From NCBI RefSeq assembly GCF_963921235.1, contig NC_086108.1, forward strand, positions 16,678,001 to 16,742,000: 64,000 bases of DNA, in the 5' to 3' direction. The notes beneath the pieces were generated by a model. It made no database searches. It had not been told where the DNA came from and worked only from the letters and a program-made list of their open reading frames with translations. Position 1 is the first letter of the stretch; each line of letters opens with the position of its first letter. Positions 11,230 through 22,612 of this stretch are shown piece after piece. A program made the position numbers and the translations under genes. Source of the DNA: Mobula hypostoma (taxonomy: Eukaryota).

Positions 11230-13700
11230 ATGGAGGAATTAGGGATCATACGACGGTCCGACAGCCCATGGGCCTCTCCCCTTCACATGGTGCCCAAAGC
11301 AACGGGGGGCTGGAGACCATGCGGTGACTACCGCAGACTGAACGAGGCTACAACGCCAGACCGCTACCCTGTGCCGCACATTCAAGACTTCGCAGCAAAC
11401 CTACACGGCGCAAGGATCTTTTCCAAGGTAGACCTCGTCCGGGGATACCATCAAATCCCTGTACATCCGAACAACATCCCCAAAACAGCACTTATCACCC
11501 CGTTCAGACTTTTCGACTTCCTCCGAATGCCGTTTGGTCTAAAGAACGCCGCACAGACTTTCCAGCGGCTAATGGACGCAGTGGGACGCGACCTGGACTT
11601 TGCATTCATCTATTTGGACGACATCCTCATAGCCAGCAGTAGTCGGCAGGAGCATCTGTCCCACCTCCGCCAGCTCTACTCCCGCCTGAGTGAATTCGGC
11701 CTTACAATCAATCCAGCCAAATGCCAGTTCAGACTCGACACCATCGACTTCCTGGGCCACAGGATTACTAAAGACGGGGCAACCCCGCTGCCCGCTAAGG
11801 TAGACGCGGTCCGCCACTTCCCCCGACCCAACACAATCAAAGGCTTGCAGGAATTCATGGGTATGGTGAATTTCTACCACCGTTTCCTCCCCTCAGCAGC
11901 CCGAACCATGCGCCCCTTGTTCACTCTAATGTCGGGTAAGGGCAAGGACATTACCTGGAACGAAGAGGCCGCAACCGCTTTCGTTAAAACCAAAGAAGCC
12001 TTGGCAAACGCCGCGATGCTAGTGCACCCCAGAACGGACGTTCCTACTGCCCTCACGGTGGACGCATCCAACACAGCAGTCGGTGGAGTGCTGGAACAAC
12101 TCATCGAGGGTCGCTGGCAACCCCTGGCGTTCTTCAGCAAACACCTACGACCACCCGAACTCAAATACAGTGTTTTCGACCGGGAGCTATTGGCACTATA
12201 CCTGGCAATCCGGCATTTCAGGTACTTCTTAGAAGGTAGGCCTTTCACCGCGTTCACAGACCACAAACCGCTTACCTTTGCGTTCACTAAGGTGTCCGAC
12301 CCGTGGTCGTCCCGCCAGCAGCGACATCTGTCCTACATCTCCGAGTACACGACGGACATCCGACATGTCTCTGGAAAGAACAATGTCGTGGCAGACGCAC
12401 TTTCCAGACCTACCATACAGGCCCTGTCCCAGGGGGTGGACTATGCAGCGCTGGCAGAAGCACAGCAGGCAGACACTGAGATCCCCAGTTACAGGACTGC
12501 AGTCTCCGGTTTGCAGCTCCAAGACCTCCCCGTAGGCCCAGGTGAGAGGACCCTACTATGTGACGTAGCTACTGGCCAACCCCGCCCCGTCGTCTCAGCA
12601 GCCTGGCGCCGGTGGGTGTTCGAATCCATTCACAACTTAGCGCACCCCTCCATCAGGACAACTGTCCGGCTGGTCTCCAACAGGTTCGTGTGGCATGGAC
12701 TTCGTAAACAGGTCAGTGAATGGGCCAAAACGTGTATGCAGTGCCAAACGGCCAAGGTGCAGCGGCACACCAAGGCTCCACCGCAGCGGTTCGAACCCAC
12801 CCGCCGGAGGTTCGACCACATCCATGTGGATATCGTGGGGCCCCTGCCAGTGTCACGAGGAGCGCGGTACCTCCTAACTATGATAGACCGCTTCACCAGA
12901 TGGCCAGAGGCAGTCCCGCTCAGCGACACCACCTCCGAATCCTGCGCCCGAGCACTGATCGCAACCTGGGTAGCACGCTTTGGGGTACCGGCCCACATTA
13001 CCTCTGACAGGGGCGCCCAGTTCACCTCCAGCCTGTGGTCGGCTATGGCCAGACTTTTAGGAACACAGCTACACCACACAACTGCCTACCACCCACAGTC
13101 GAACGGACTAGTGGAGCGCTTCCACCGTCACCTGAAATCGGCTCTCATGGCCCGCCTGGAGGGGCCTAACTGGGTGGACGAACTTCCCTGGGTCCTGCTC
13201 GGAATCCGCACGGCGCCCAAAGAGGATCTACACACCTCGTCGGCCGAGTTGGTGTACGGCGCGCCCCGGTCGTCCCAGGAGAGTTCATACCAGCCCCAAG
13301 GGGGCAAGAGGAAGAACCCACAGCAGTCCTGGACAGACTACGGGAGAGGCTCGGTAACCTGGCCCCCATACCCACTTCACAGCACGGACAGAGCCCGACC
13401 TGCGTACCCAAAGACCTGCAGAACTGTAAGTTCCTTTTTGTACGACGGGGCGGACACCGGGCACCGCTACAGCGGCCCTACGAGGGGCCGTTTAAGGTGA
13501 TCAGCAACAACGGGTCCACGTTCGTGCTGGACATTGGGGGGAGAGAGGAGGTTTTCACGGTGGTCCGACTCAAACTGGCCCATGTGGACTTGGCGCAACC
13601 GGTCCAGGCTCAGGCACCGCGGCGCAGGGGCAGACTTCCCAAACAGAGGCCGATCCAGACTGTGGACATTGGGGGAGGTATCACCGATTCTGGGGGGGGG
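11230..13700 (+). pseudogene. pol: Gypsy pol: RT, RNase H, integrase (frameshift near 13265)
   Basis: ORF 11230-13500: [30 protein letters not shown] (RNase H), H-X3-H...C-X2-C, HVDIV / SDRGAQF / NGLVERF (DDE). The GPF motif follows in a shifted frame near 13485. Confidence 0.95.
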
Positions 13701-13707
13701 GGGGGGG
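13692..13707 (+). promoter_or_regulatory. Polypurine tract (G16)
   Basis: G-run ending 5 nt before the 3' LTR. Confidence 0.85.
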
Positions 13708-13712
13708 CGTTA

Positions 13713-13907
13713 TGTGGCGACCCACTTTCTGACACCCACGAACCGGCTCACGAAACAGCACGCGCAGGCAGAGGGCAGGCAGCAAAAAGGGCGGGAACGG
13801 GAAGGCTTTAAAGCGGGCCGCGAAGTTTGAATAAACCTCTTTCATCGCAACTCCAACTCACCGACTCCGTGTGGTTATTCTAGCGCTGTGTGTAGCACAT
13901 CGCTACA
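13713..13907 (+). repeat. Gypsy 3' LTR
   Basis: Direct repeat of 9719-9913 followed by TSD GTGC. Confidence 0.96.
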
Positions 13908-14342
13908 GTGCCATTCATGGAAGAATACCAAATTGGGGAATGCAAAGTCAGGAAGTGACAACGTAGGGTAGAACAGTTGTTAGGGAATCCAACTGAGGTC
14001 AAGTACTGGAAAAATGTAGAAAGGAGTAAGTGGTCCAGAAAAGAGAGGTGCCAGAGAATGATGAGGGTCATAAACAGGGAGCACTCAGATAAGATGGAAC
14101 AGAGTAAGGCGAAAGGGAATAAAATGGGGTAGATAAGCAATAGGGAGGAGAGGAAGGGGCATAAACAGACAGGGCAAGCAATAGAGGTATTTGGATCAGA
14201 CAAAGAATAGAGGAGAGAAATAAAATTTAGAATGGAGAAAACAGAGAGCACAACAAAGAGGGAAACAGCATGAACCAGAAGGGAAAAAGAAGAAAAAAAT
14301 TGTTTAGCACATGGAGAAACAGAATGAGAAGGCTTGAAAATG

Positions 14343-14589
14343 AAAGCAACATACATCAAAGTTGCTGGTGAACGCAGCAGGCCAAGCAGCATCTGTAGGA
14401 AGAGGTGCAGTCGACGTTTCAGGCTGAGACCCTTTGTCAGGACGAACGAATGTCAAGTCCTGACGAAGGGTCTCGGCCTGAAACATTGACTGCACCTCTT
14501 CCTACAGATGCTGCTTGGCCTGCTGCGTTCACCAGTAACTTTGATGTATGTTGCTTGAATTTCCAGCATCTGCAGAATTCCTGTTGTTT
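14343..14589 (+). mobile_element. Short Penelope-like insertion: inverted pseudo-LTR pair with two mutated hammerhead cores
   Basis: 100-bp inverted arms 14344-14443 / 14457-14556 (5 mismatches), 13-nt spacer, 33-nt unpaired tail, exact 13-bp TSD aggcttgaaaatg (14330-14342, 14590-14602). Confidence 0.85.
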
Positions 14590-15308
14590 AGGCTTGAAAA
14601 TGGATCAGTTGAATTCCCTGATGATTCCTTCAGAATGAACAAAGAAAGAAAATTACCCACATCTTTAGCATCAAAAGCAGTATTTTGAATTATTTTTTTA
14701 AAATACAGTATGCCCTGTGGAGAACCCCAATCTGTGTTAATATTGAATGTGCATCACTTCAGGAAATCTAACTCCATTAAATTTAAAATACTTCTAATGA
14801 GATATAAAAATAAACAAATTATGATTCCAAACAGTATTTTCAAAACTGCATTAGATAGAACAACTCTGCATAAACAGTGCTGAAGATTTTCCAAGGCCTG
14901 AATAAATACAGCATTATGTTTTCATGGATACTAAAAATACCACTACCAAATAAAAACTCCTTACACTACAGAGGCCTGTGGTGTACCATTAAAATAATCA
15001 TTGACCGGATAAAATACATCAGTGAAGTAGGAATTTTATTTGAGTACTGTCATTATGTAGCTTATTTATATCGGCATATTGTAAACTTGCAAACAAGTGC
15101 ATTCTGTAGCTGACAATTTCATGACAAATTGTGTTTTATACAAAAAAATGTTATCTCAATATCTTAATTTACTGTCTGATGAAATCATTTTCCTGAAAGC
15201 TTATTGACAATTCGGTAAGAAAATTAAATATAACATTACAATTTTATAATGTATTAAAAGGAGTAACATTTGTAACCTGTAATTACAACTAAGGGTTTTA
15301 GACTCGGA

Positions 15309-15333
15309 ACACACACACACACACACACACACA
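15309..15333. repeat. (AC)12 microsatellite
   Basis: Read directly from the sequence. Confidence 0.95.
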
Positions 15334-15334
15334 A

Positions 15335-16870
15335 TTAAATAAGTAGTGCAAAATGGAAGCACAAAAAACTGATTTTCTTTCAGAAATCTGATAGTAGTGA
15401 GGTAGAAGCTGTTCTAAAACATTGAGTGTGTCTCCTTAGGCTCCTGAATGTCCTTGATGGTAGCAATGAGAAGTGGGCATGTTTTGGGTGATGGGGGTCC
15501 TCAATGACGAATGCTATCTTTTTGAGACATCGCCCTTTGGTCCTCAACACTGGGGAGCCTAGTGCCCATGATGGAGCCGGATGAGTTTGCAACTTCCTGC
15601 AGCTTTTTCCCGATCCTGTGCAGTCATGCCTCCACATCAGACGGTGATGCAACTAGTTAGAATGCTCTAGTTAGAAATATGCGAGCCTTTGGTGACATAC
15701 AATGTTTCCTCAAACTCCTAATGAATTATAGCTGCTGTTACGTCCTCTTCATAATTGCATCAATATGTTGGGCCCAAGATATACCGTCAGAGATGGTGAC
15801 ACCCAGAAACTTGAGACTGCTTACCCTTTCCACTGTTAACCCCTCAAGGATTAAGATAAGAGGATGCTAAGTTGCATGCCATCTTGGTCAATGTCTCCCA
15901 TCCACTACATAATGTACTGGGTAGGCACAGGAGTACATTCACCCAGAGACTCATTCCTCCAAGATGCAGCACAGAGCGTCATAGGAAGTCATTCCTGCCT
16001 GTGGCCATCAAACCTTACAACTCCTCCCTTGGAGGGTCAGACACCCTGTGCCGATAGGCTGGTCCTGGACTTATTTCATAATTTACTGGCATAATTTACA
16101 TATTACTATTTAACTATTTATGATTCTATTACTATTTATTATTTATGGTGCAACTGTAACGAAAACCAATTTCCCCCTGGGATCAATAAAGTATGACTAT
16201 GACTATGAGGACTAATGTGGATACCCTGGAATTCCTCTTCCTGAAGTCCACAATCAACACCTTGATCTTACTGGCATTGAGTATAAAGTTGTTACTGTGA
16301 CACCACTCATCTAGCTGATCTACCTCACTCTTGTTTGCTTCCAAGTCATCATCTGAAATTCTGCCAACAGCAGTTGTGTCATGGGCAAATTTATAGATGG
16401 CATTTGAACTGTGCCTAACCACAAATTTGTAGGTGCAGTGACACATATCCTTATGGTGTGCCAGTGTTGACTGTCAGCGAGGAGATGTTATTTCTGACCC
16501 ACACTGACTGTGGTCTCCTCATGAGAAAGCCAATGATCCAGTTCCAGAGGGAGGTATAGAGGTCCAGGGTTTGGACCTTGTTGATTAGTACTGAGGGTAT
16601 GATGGTGTTGAATGTTGAACTGTAATCAATAAATAGCAGCCTGACATATGTATCATTGTTGTCCAGGTGATCCAAGGCCGAGTGGAGATCCAGTGAGACT
16701 GCATCAGCTGTGCACCTATTGTGCTGATAGGCAACTTGCAATGGGTCCAGATTTTTGCTTAAGCAGGAGATGATTCTGGCCATGATCAACCTCTCAAAGC
16801 ACTTCATCACAGTAGATGTGAGTACAACTGGGCGATAGTTGTTGAGGTAGCTCACCATGCTCTTCTTTTT
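15335..16870 (-). mobile_element. Rex1/Babar-like LINE fragment, older family
   Basis: Minus ORFs 16451-16858 ([18 protein letters not shown]...[12 protein letters not shown]) and 16183-16446 (KFAHDT...VDFRK). Confidence 0.8.
15859..16207 (+). mobile_element. Rex1 3' fragment, same family as 5953-7795, nested in the older LINE
   Basis: Near-identical to 7450-7795 with the (TATGAC)n tail; approximate TSD aggattaa/aggactaa. Confidence 0.88.
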
Positions 16871-17104
16871 AGATCTTCAGGTTAGTGGTCAAAAACCTAT
16901 TCACTGAACATGAACCTAGAGGTCCAATTTACATGAGTAATGAAAACAATAAAAATTGCTCCATTTTTGCAATTTCCAATAACTGATCCATTTGGAAAAC
17001 TAGTTGTAGTGGAGATCCACAATCTCTGAGAGAAGAAATTCCTTTGCACCTCATTGGTTGACATCTTCTGGATAGATCATGAAACTACCTTTTTCATTTC
17101 TTTT

Positions 17105-17732
17105 ATATCTCTCACGTCTGTTTCTCATCTTGAATGTGATTCTGGAACTGTTTGAGCCTGTGCTTTGCTGCTTGGAGATGGTTTGGGTGCTTTAGTTCAT
17201 TGCAGTCTCCCAGAGGATTCCAGGAGGCAAAGGCAGTGTGAGTGAACCACGTAGTGGGTAGGCTGCAGGACTGGCGCAAGCCGATGTTTGGTTCCATTTC
17301 ACCAATTAAAGCTTTCATTGTTCACCAATTAAAGCGATGATGGATATTGAAGCATTAAAGCAAGTGCAGAGGATGAGTGCCTGCTGCTCGCCTTTTGATC
17401 GGTTGCTCTCTACTGGAGAGGGGAGAGGTTGCCGCTGCACCTGGAGTGTGTGGTCCAGGTTTTTTTCTGCATTTTGGATGTAGACATAGACCACAGATTC
17501 TCTTTTTTTCTCTCAATCTTATAATTTTTATATTCTGTCTTTTTTCACCCGATCTTGGCTTTTATTGTGCGAAGGAGGGGATTTGGGGTCGATGCGTCTG
17601 ATCTGGTTTTTTTTGTGTGGGAGGAGGGACTTAAGGGTTGATGATCTTTCATTCCTTACTTGGTGTCATGGTTACCCAGAGAATTGAAGAATTTCAGAGT
17701 TGTATATTTTGATAATAAGTGAACCTTTGAAC
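17105..17732 (+). mobile_element. Non-coding retroposon with LINE-like 3' tail
   Basis: Ends ttgataataagtgaacctttgaacc, similar to the tail at ~51750-51776; no ORF. Family not identified. Confidence 0.45.
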
Positions 17733-17976
17733 CATCTCCCTTTTTGTAATCACATTCCCTCATTCAAGAGTTCCCAGACATTTCTTTCTACTCCCTCTCT
17801 CTGCAAGTTAAAACACTTCGACTTTCTCAGTTTAGATGAAAGGTCATTAACGTTATACAGCAGCTCTGTTTCCTTTGCCACAAATGCTATTCTGTTCAGC
17901 ATCTTCTGTTTAAATTGTTTATTTCCGGTTATCTGTCAGTTTTTACTTTATAACCGACAAAGCACATTGTTTATGT

Positions 17977-19275
17977 GCAGCATGGATTTGTGAAAGGAAA
18001 ATCATGTCTGACGAATCTCATAGAATTTTTTGAGGATGTAACTAGTAGAGTGGATAGGGGAGAACCAGTGGATGTGGTATATTTGGATTTTCAAAAGGCT
18101 TTTGACAAGGTCCCACACAGGAGATTAGTGTGCAAACTTAAAGCACACGGTATTGGGGGTAAGGTATTGGTGTGGGTGGAGAATTGGCTAGCAGACAGGA
18201 AGCAAAGAGTGGGAATAAACGGGACCTTTTCAGAATGGCAGGCGGTGACTAGTGGGGTACCGCAAGGCTCAGTGCTGGGACCCCAGTTGTTTACAATATA
18301 TATTAATGACTTGGATGAGGGAATTAAATGCTGCATCTCCAAGTTTGCGGATGACACGAAGCTGGGTGGCAGTGTTAGCAGTGAGGAGGATGCTAAGAGG
18401 ATGCAGGGTGACTTGGATAGGTTGGGTGAGTGGGCAAATTCATGGCAGATGCAATTTAATGTGGATAAATGTGAAGTTATCCACTTTGGTGGCAAAAATA
18501 GGAAAACAGATTATTATCTGAATGGTGGCCGATTAGGAAAAGGGGAGGTGCAACGAGACCTGGGTGTCATTATACACCAGTCATTGAAAGTGGGCATGCA
18601 GGTACAGCAGGCGGTGAAAAAGGCGAATGGTATGCTGGCATTTATAGCGAGAGGATTCGAGTACAGGAGCAGGGAGGTACTACTGCAGTTGTACAAGGCC
18701 TTGGTGAGACCACACCTGGAGTATTGTGTGCAGTTTTGGTCCCCTAATCTGAGGAAAGACATCTTTGCCATAGAGGGAGTACAAAGAAGGTTCACCAGAT
18801 TGATTCCTGGGATGGCAGGACTTTCATATGAAGAAAGACTGGATGAACTGGGCTTGTACTCGTTGGAATTTAGAAGATTGAGGGGGGATCTGATTGAAAC
18901 GTATAAGATCCTAAAGGGATTGGACAGGCTAGATGCAGGAAGATTGTTCCCGATGTTGGGGAAGTCCAGAACGAGGGGTCACAGTTTGAGGATAGAGGGG
19001 AAGCCTTTTAGGACCGAGATTAGGAAAAACTTCTTCACACAGAGAGTGGTGAATCTGTGGAATTCTCTGCCACAGGAAACAGTTGAGGCCAGTTCATTGG
19101 CTATATTTAAGAGGGAGTTAGATATGGCCCTTGTGGCTACGGGGGTCGGGGGGTATGGAGGGAAGGCTGGGGCGGGGTTCTGAGTTGGATGATCAGCCAT
19201 GATCATAATAAATGGCGGTGCAGGCTCGAAGGGCCGAATGGCCTACTCCTGCACCTATTTTCTATGTTTCTATGT
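17977..19275 (+). mobile_element. Young 5'-truncated CR1 with uninterrupted RT C-terminal ORF
   Basis: 402-aa open frame to TGA at 19183 ([36 protein letters not shown]); 3'UTR and (TTCTATGT)n tail. Confidence 0.95.
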
Positions 19276-19348
19276 TTACGATAAATGAATTTCACTTCTA
19301 GCACTTTCAATATTAATACTATTAATAAAGATTCAGGAAAGGACTTAC

Positions 19349-19528
19349 CAAGAGCTTTAAGAGCCAGAACCTGGATTTGTAATAGCAGGTTTTTGTAGGA
19401 TTGATCAGAAACAGGAACATGAATCCATACAGTACAAGAGGATTGAATGGCATTGGAATTAAACTGTATGGCCCATACAAACTGATGAATAAACTCAAGC
19501 CCCAAAGAACTCCAAGGAATCCAGCAAT
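19349..19528 (-). CDS. XPR1: XPR1 internal exon, 180 bp, phase 0/0
   Basis: tatctttttgcAG|ATTGCT...CTCTTG|GTaagt; translates [60 protein letters not shown]. Confidence 0.96.
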
Positions 19529-20091
19529 CTGCAAAAAGATAGTTTACATGGGTATAACTCTTTATAAAGCTATAAAATACCTACACACCAACAGAACAAT
19601 TCTCCATCTATAAGTATATTTCAATACAATTCAATTAACTTGTCAATATAATTCATTATAACCCCATGGTGTCAATAGGCTGGGTATGGCAAGAGCTAGA
19701 CCGTCTTCTTAAAATAGGCAGCCTCTGAGAGGACTTTATCAATATAATTATTACTAATTTCACAAAAATTAGACAAAGGTTCAAATATAAGCTAAAAGTA
19801 TTTATGGATTTTTCCATAAATCTGTTCTAGCTTTTGCTTCTCCCACAATTAGCAGCATTTGCAGCATTAGGAGGTCAGGGATTAATAAACAAAAAGGGCA
19901 ATAAAAATATTCTCCAACAAGTATGCATGAAATAAAGTTACTATAAGCTCCATGATTGTGGATTTCAAGTGCTGCGCAATGAAACTAGAGTTTGAGAATG
20001 AAGACATTTGCAACTTGTTCTAAATTGTTCCACAGCAGTATACCAGAAAATGCTCATTGCAATGATTATGATCACATTCACAGTATCTAAC

Positions 20092-20273
20092 CTCAAAGAG
20101 ATGCTGGTGAGAGAGATTGCTTCTGGGATTGAGTTCAAAGATCAGCACGTGATTCACACCAGCTTGTCGCCAGCCATATGTGTTGATGCCAAGAAGAAAG
20201 AGAAACTCGATCAAAAGGAAACCACCACGGTAAATACGCACCAAGGGCCAAATATTTCCCTCTTTTGATTGAG
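20092..20273 (-). CDS. XPR1: XPR1 internal exon, 182 bp, phase 1/0
   Basis: tttgctccatcttccAG|CTCAATCA...TTTGAG|GTtaga; with the upstream G gives [61 protein letters not shown]. Acceptor chosen because it is the nearest in-phase AG with a pyrimidine tract. Confidence 0.93.
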
Positions 20274-20556
20274 CTGGAAGATGGAGCAAATGCTTGTTAA
20301 AGCAGAACAACTGAACTATTAACAACTGCTCTTTTCATATTAAGATATATGGGTCAATTTACATCACATTTTCTTTATCAGAAATGACTGCTTGACAGTT
20401 GTGACTTAAAATACATTAACTGAAATTCAACATATAAAATTACTTAGAAATACAAGAAAAGGCAAGTTTTAGGTAGTGCAGTCATGATCAAAGATAAAGC
20501 AGTCCTCATAAGCTCCCTTTACTTAGGTAGCCATTAATATTATAATAAATAATAAC

Positions 20557-20716
20557 TTATTTATAGAGTACTTTTTATACAAATGACATAGTTCAAAGTA
20601 CTTTGCAATGGGTTAAAGTGCAAACATAAAAATAAAAGATAAAAAGATGCTGGTTAAAAGCAAAGTTAAATAAATAGGTTTTGAGCTGGCATTTAAAAGG
20701 GTCAACTGAGTCTGCA
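20557..20716 (-). mobile_element. L2-like LINE 3' end remnant
   Basis: Minus strand ADSVDPFKCQLKTYLFNFAF then ...gcaaagtactttga...tataaat, typical of an L2 terminus. Confidence 0.5.
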
Positions 20717-22126
20717 TAATGAAGAACAGTACACATAAACAGGATATACCAAAATAGCAAGTAGCATGGACCTCTTGGTTCTTGAACAGTATTGGGCTTT
20801 AATTGCTGCAACATGGTCCTTTTGGAGAGAAATGATGCTTATCATGAAAAATACCTCACAGCACTCCTTTGCTTTAGAATCTATCCTGTCTCTAGGAGCC
20901 TGTGTATATTCCCCATATATGCAGCAATGCAAGAAAGAATAATTTTGTAACTTTTAAGCCTTTGACTGTCCTGAAGTTGTACATTTTCAGCTTTTCTTTT
21001 CTCTATTTTATCTTTACAGACTCTTCAACTCCTTTCTTTCTTTTACAAAGTACTTTGATCAACATTAACTCTCAGCAAAATGGCCCCAAATGTACTGTTA
21101 ACAGACTTGATACATCTTATATCAATTTGAAAGTTTTGTTTTAGACAATGATCCACAATGGTTTAGTGGCTTGGTTATGCAGTTGACTAACTTTTAATCT
21201 ATCTTTAAACTCTTCAGACCTTCTTCAACTCTTCAATTTTTAATTCTTATTTGTCATTAGCAAGCTACAAAACCTTTGATGAGGTCTGACACTATGAATT
21301 CTTAAAAAGTAATCAATGTATTATTTTCCATCAAAGCCACTTTTATAATGATCCAGTCCAATTATCCCCTTCTTTACCAAGGCTGTAATTAATATTAAGC
21401 CTTTTGATTCACTTTAAATGAAACCTTGAACTTGTTCTTTCTGCATTTTAAAGTATTCTACTATGATACTACTCAGTCACTGCTTGGTATTGTGTGTCTG
21501 TCTACATTTGGGAATTTCTGTACCTGCTTCAGTATAGTCAGTGCGTGGAACCAACATGCATCCTACAAGAATTGCTGTGCTGTGGATCTCAACCTGCTGT
21601 GCATCTTTCATTTGGGCACTGCCCTTTGTGTCTGATTTTTTAAAGGCATGGAAACCCCTTGTCCTTTGTAATTCAATAACAACAAACATATATAGCAAAG
21701 TTTTACAGTTATATTTCTCAAAGCACTTCAAAGTATCAGCAGGGAAAATTGGCATCAAATCACAGGAGGAGTGTTTTAGGAACATGATTAGAGATCTTAT
21801 CAGAAAGATTTAAGGTACATTTTTAAAATAGTAAGAGACTTAGGAAGCGAATTTCAGCAGCAGCCTGAGTAGCTGAAGAAACATTCACGCATTGGTGAAT
21901 AGCAGTAAACTAAAAATTAGGCTCCAAGTAAAATCAGAACTGGAGGAATGTTGGGATCTAGGGAGACTTGTTGGGAATGGAGGAGGCTACAAAAGTAGAA
22001 AGAAAATATATACTCCAAGCCTCACCCCCATTTACTGTTGTCCCTTCAAGAAGAGTAAAACTCCAATAAAAGAGTATTTGTTTCCAGAAATCTAGATAAT
22101 CAAAATTTATTTCCCATTACACAGAT

Positions 22127-22612
22127 CTGGGTCCTGCTCCCCATACTTTCTTTAAGTACACCTTGATCTAATTTCTTATGCTCCATTTAGACTGACTGGG
22201 GTCCTGTTTTTCATATTCCCTTTGAATATACCTGGCTGTTGTTTCCCATGTTCATGTTAAAGATAGCTGGGTCCTGTTTCCCACATTTTCTTTAAACAGA
22301 AACTGGCCTTGCTTCCAGCACTTCTTTTAAAATCACCAAGTTCTGTTTCCCATACTCTATTTAAACTCAAGGCCCATTTTCTGCACTTCCTTTAAGTTCA
22401 CTAGAACCTCGTTTTCACCTTGCCTTATTGCCCTTTCTCCCTTAAATACATCTGGGCTCTGTTTCCTATGCTGCCATTAAACACAACTGGGCTTGGTTTC
22501 CCACATTCGCTTTAAACAAATCAGGTTTTGTTTTCACAGCTCCTTTTAATCTCACTTGGGCCCTGTTTCCTAACACGTGGGTCTTGTTTTACATGCTTAC
22601 TTTAAACCCACT
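22127..22612. repeat. Degenerate ~35-bp minisatellite, about 14 units
   Basis: Recurrent ctgggtcctgtttccca...tttaaa units, e.g. at 22128, 22196, 22267, 22452, 22487, 22556. Confidence 0.85.

Larger units (their letters stand above)
9719..13907 (+). mobile_element. Full-length Ty3/Gypsy LTR retrotransposon, 4189 bp, frameshifted
   Basis: Two 195-bp LTRs, TSD GTGC, PBS, PPT, domain order gag-PR-RT-RH-IN, no env. Confidence 0.97.

Noticed and set aside
10091..13411. Many antisense and alternate-frame ORFs within the Gypsy element
   Set aside because: Expected shadows of GC-rich coding sequence; no recognisable motifs.
13497..14392. ORFs 13497-13811 and 13880-14392 as a possible env or membrane protein
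   Set aside because: The first is the frameshifted integrase tail running into the LTR. The second lies mostly outside the element and is the pyrimidine-rich strand of the GA tract.
14601..14638. MDQLNSL on the plus strand resembles the XPR1 motif ADQLNSL expected in the next exon
   Set aside because: Wrong strand, no FRVFTAPF/ADFWL context and no suitable splice sites; a chance match next to the PLE TSD.
22127..22612. CRISPR-like appearance of the ~35-bp array
   Set aside because: Units are head-to-tail and degenerate with no unique spacers, no cas genes, and the context is a vertebrate intron.
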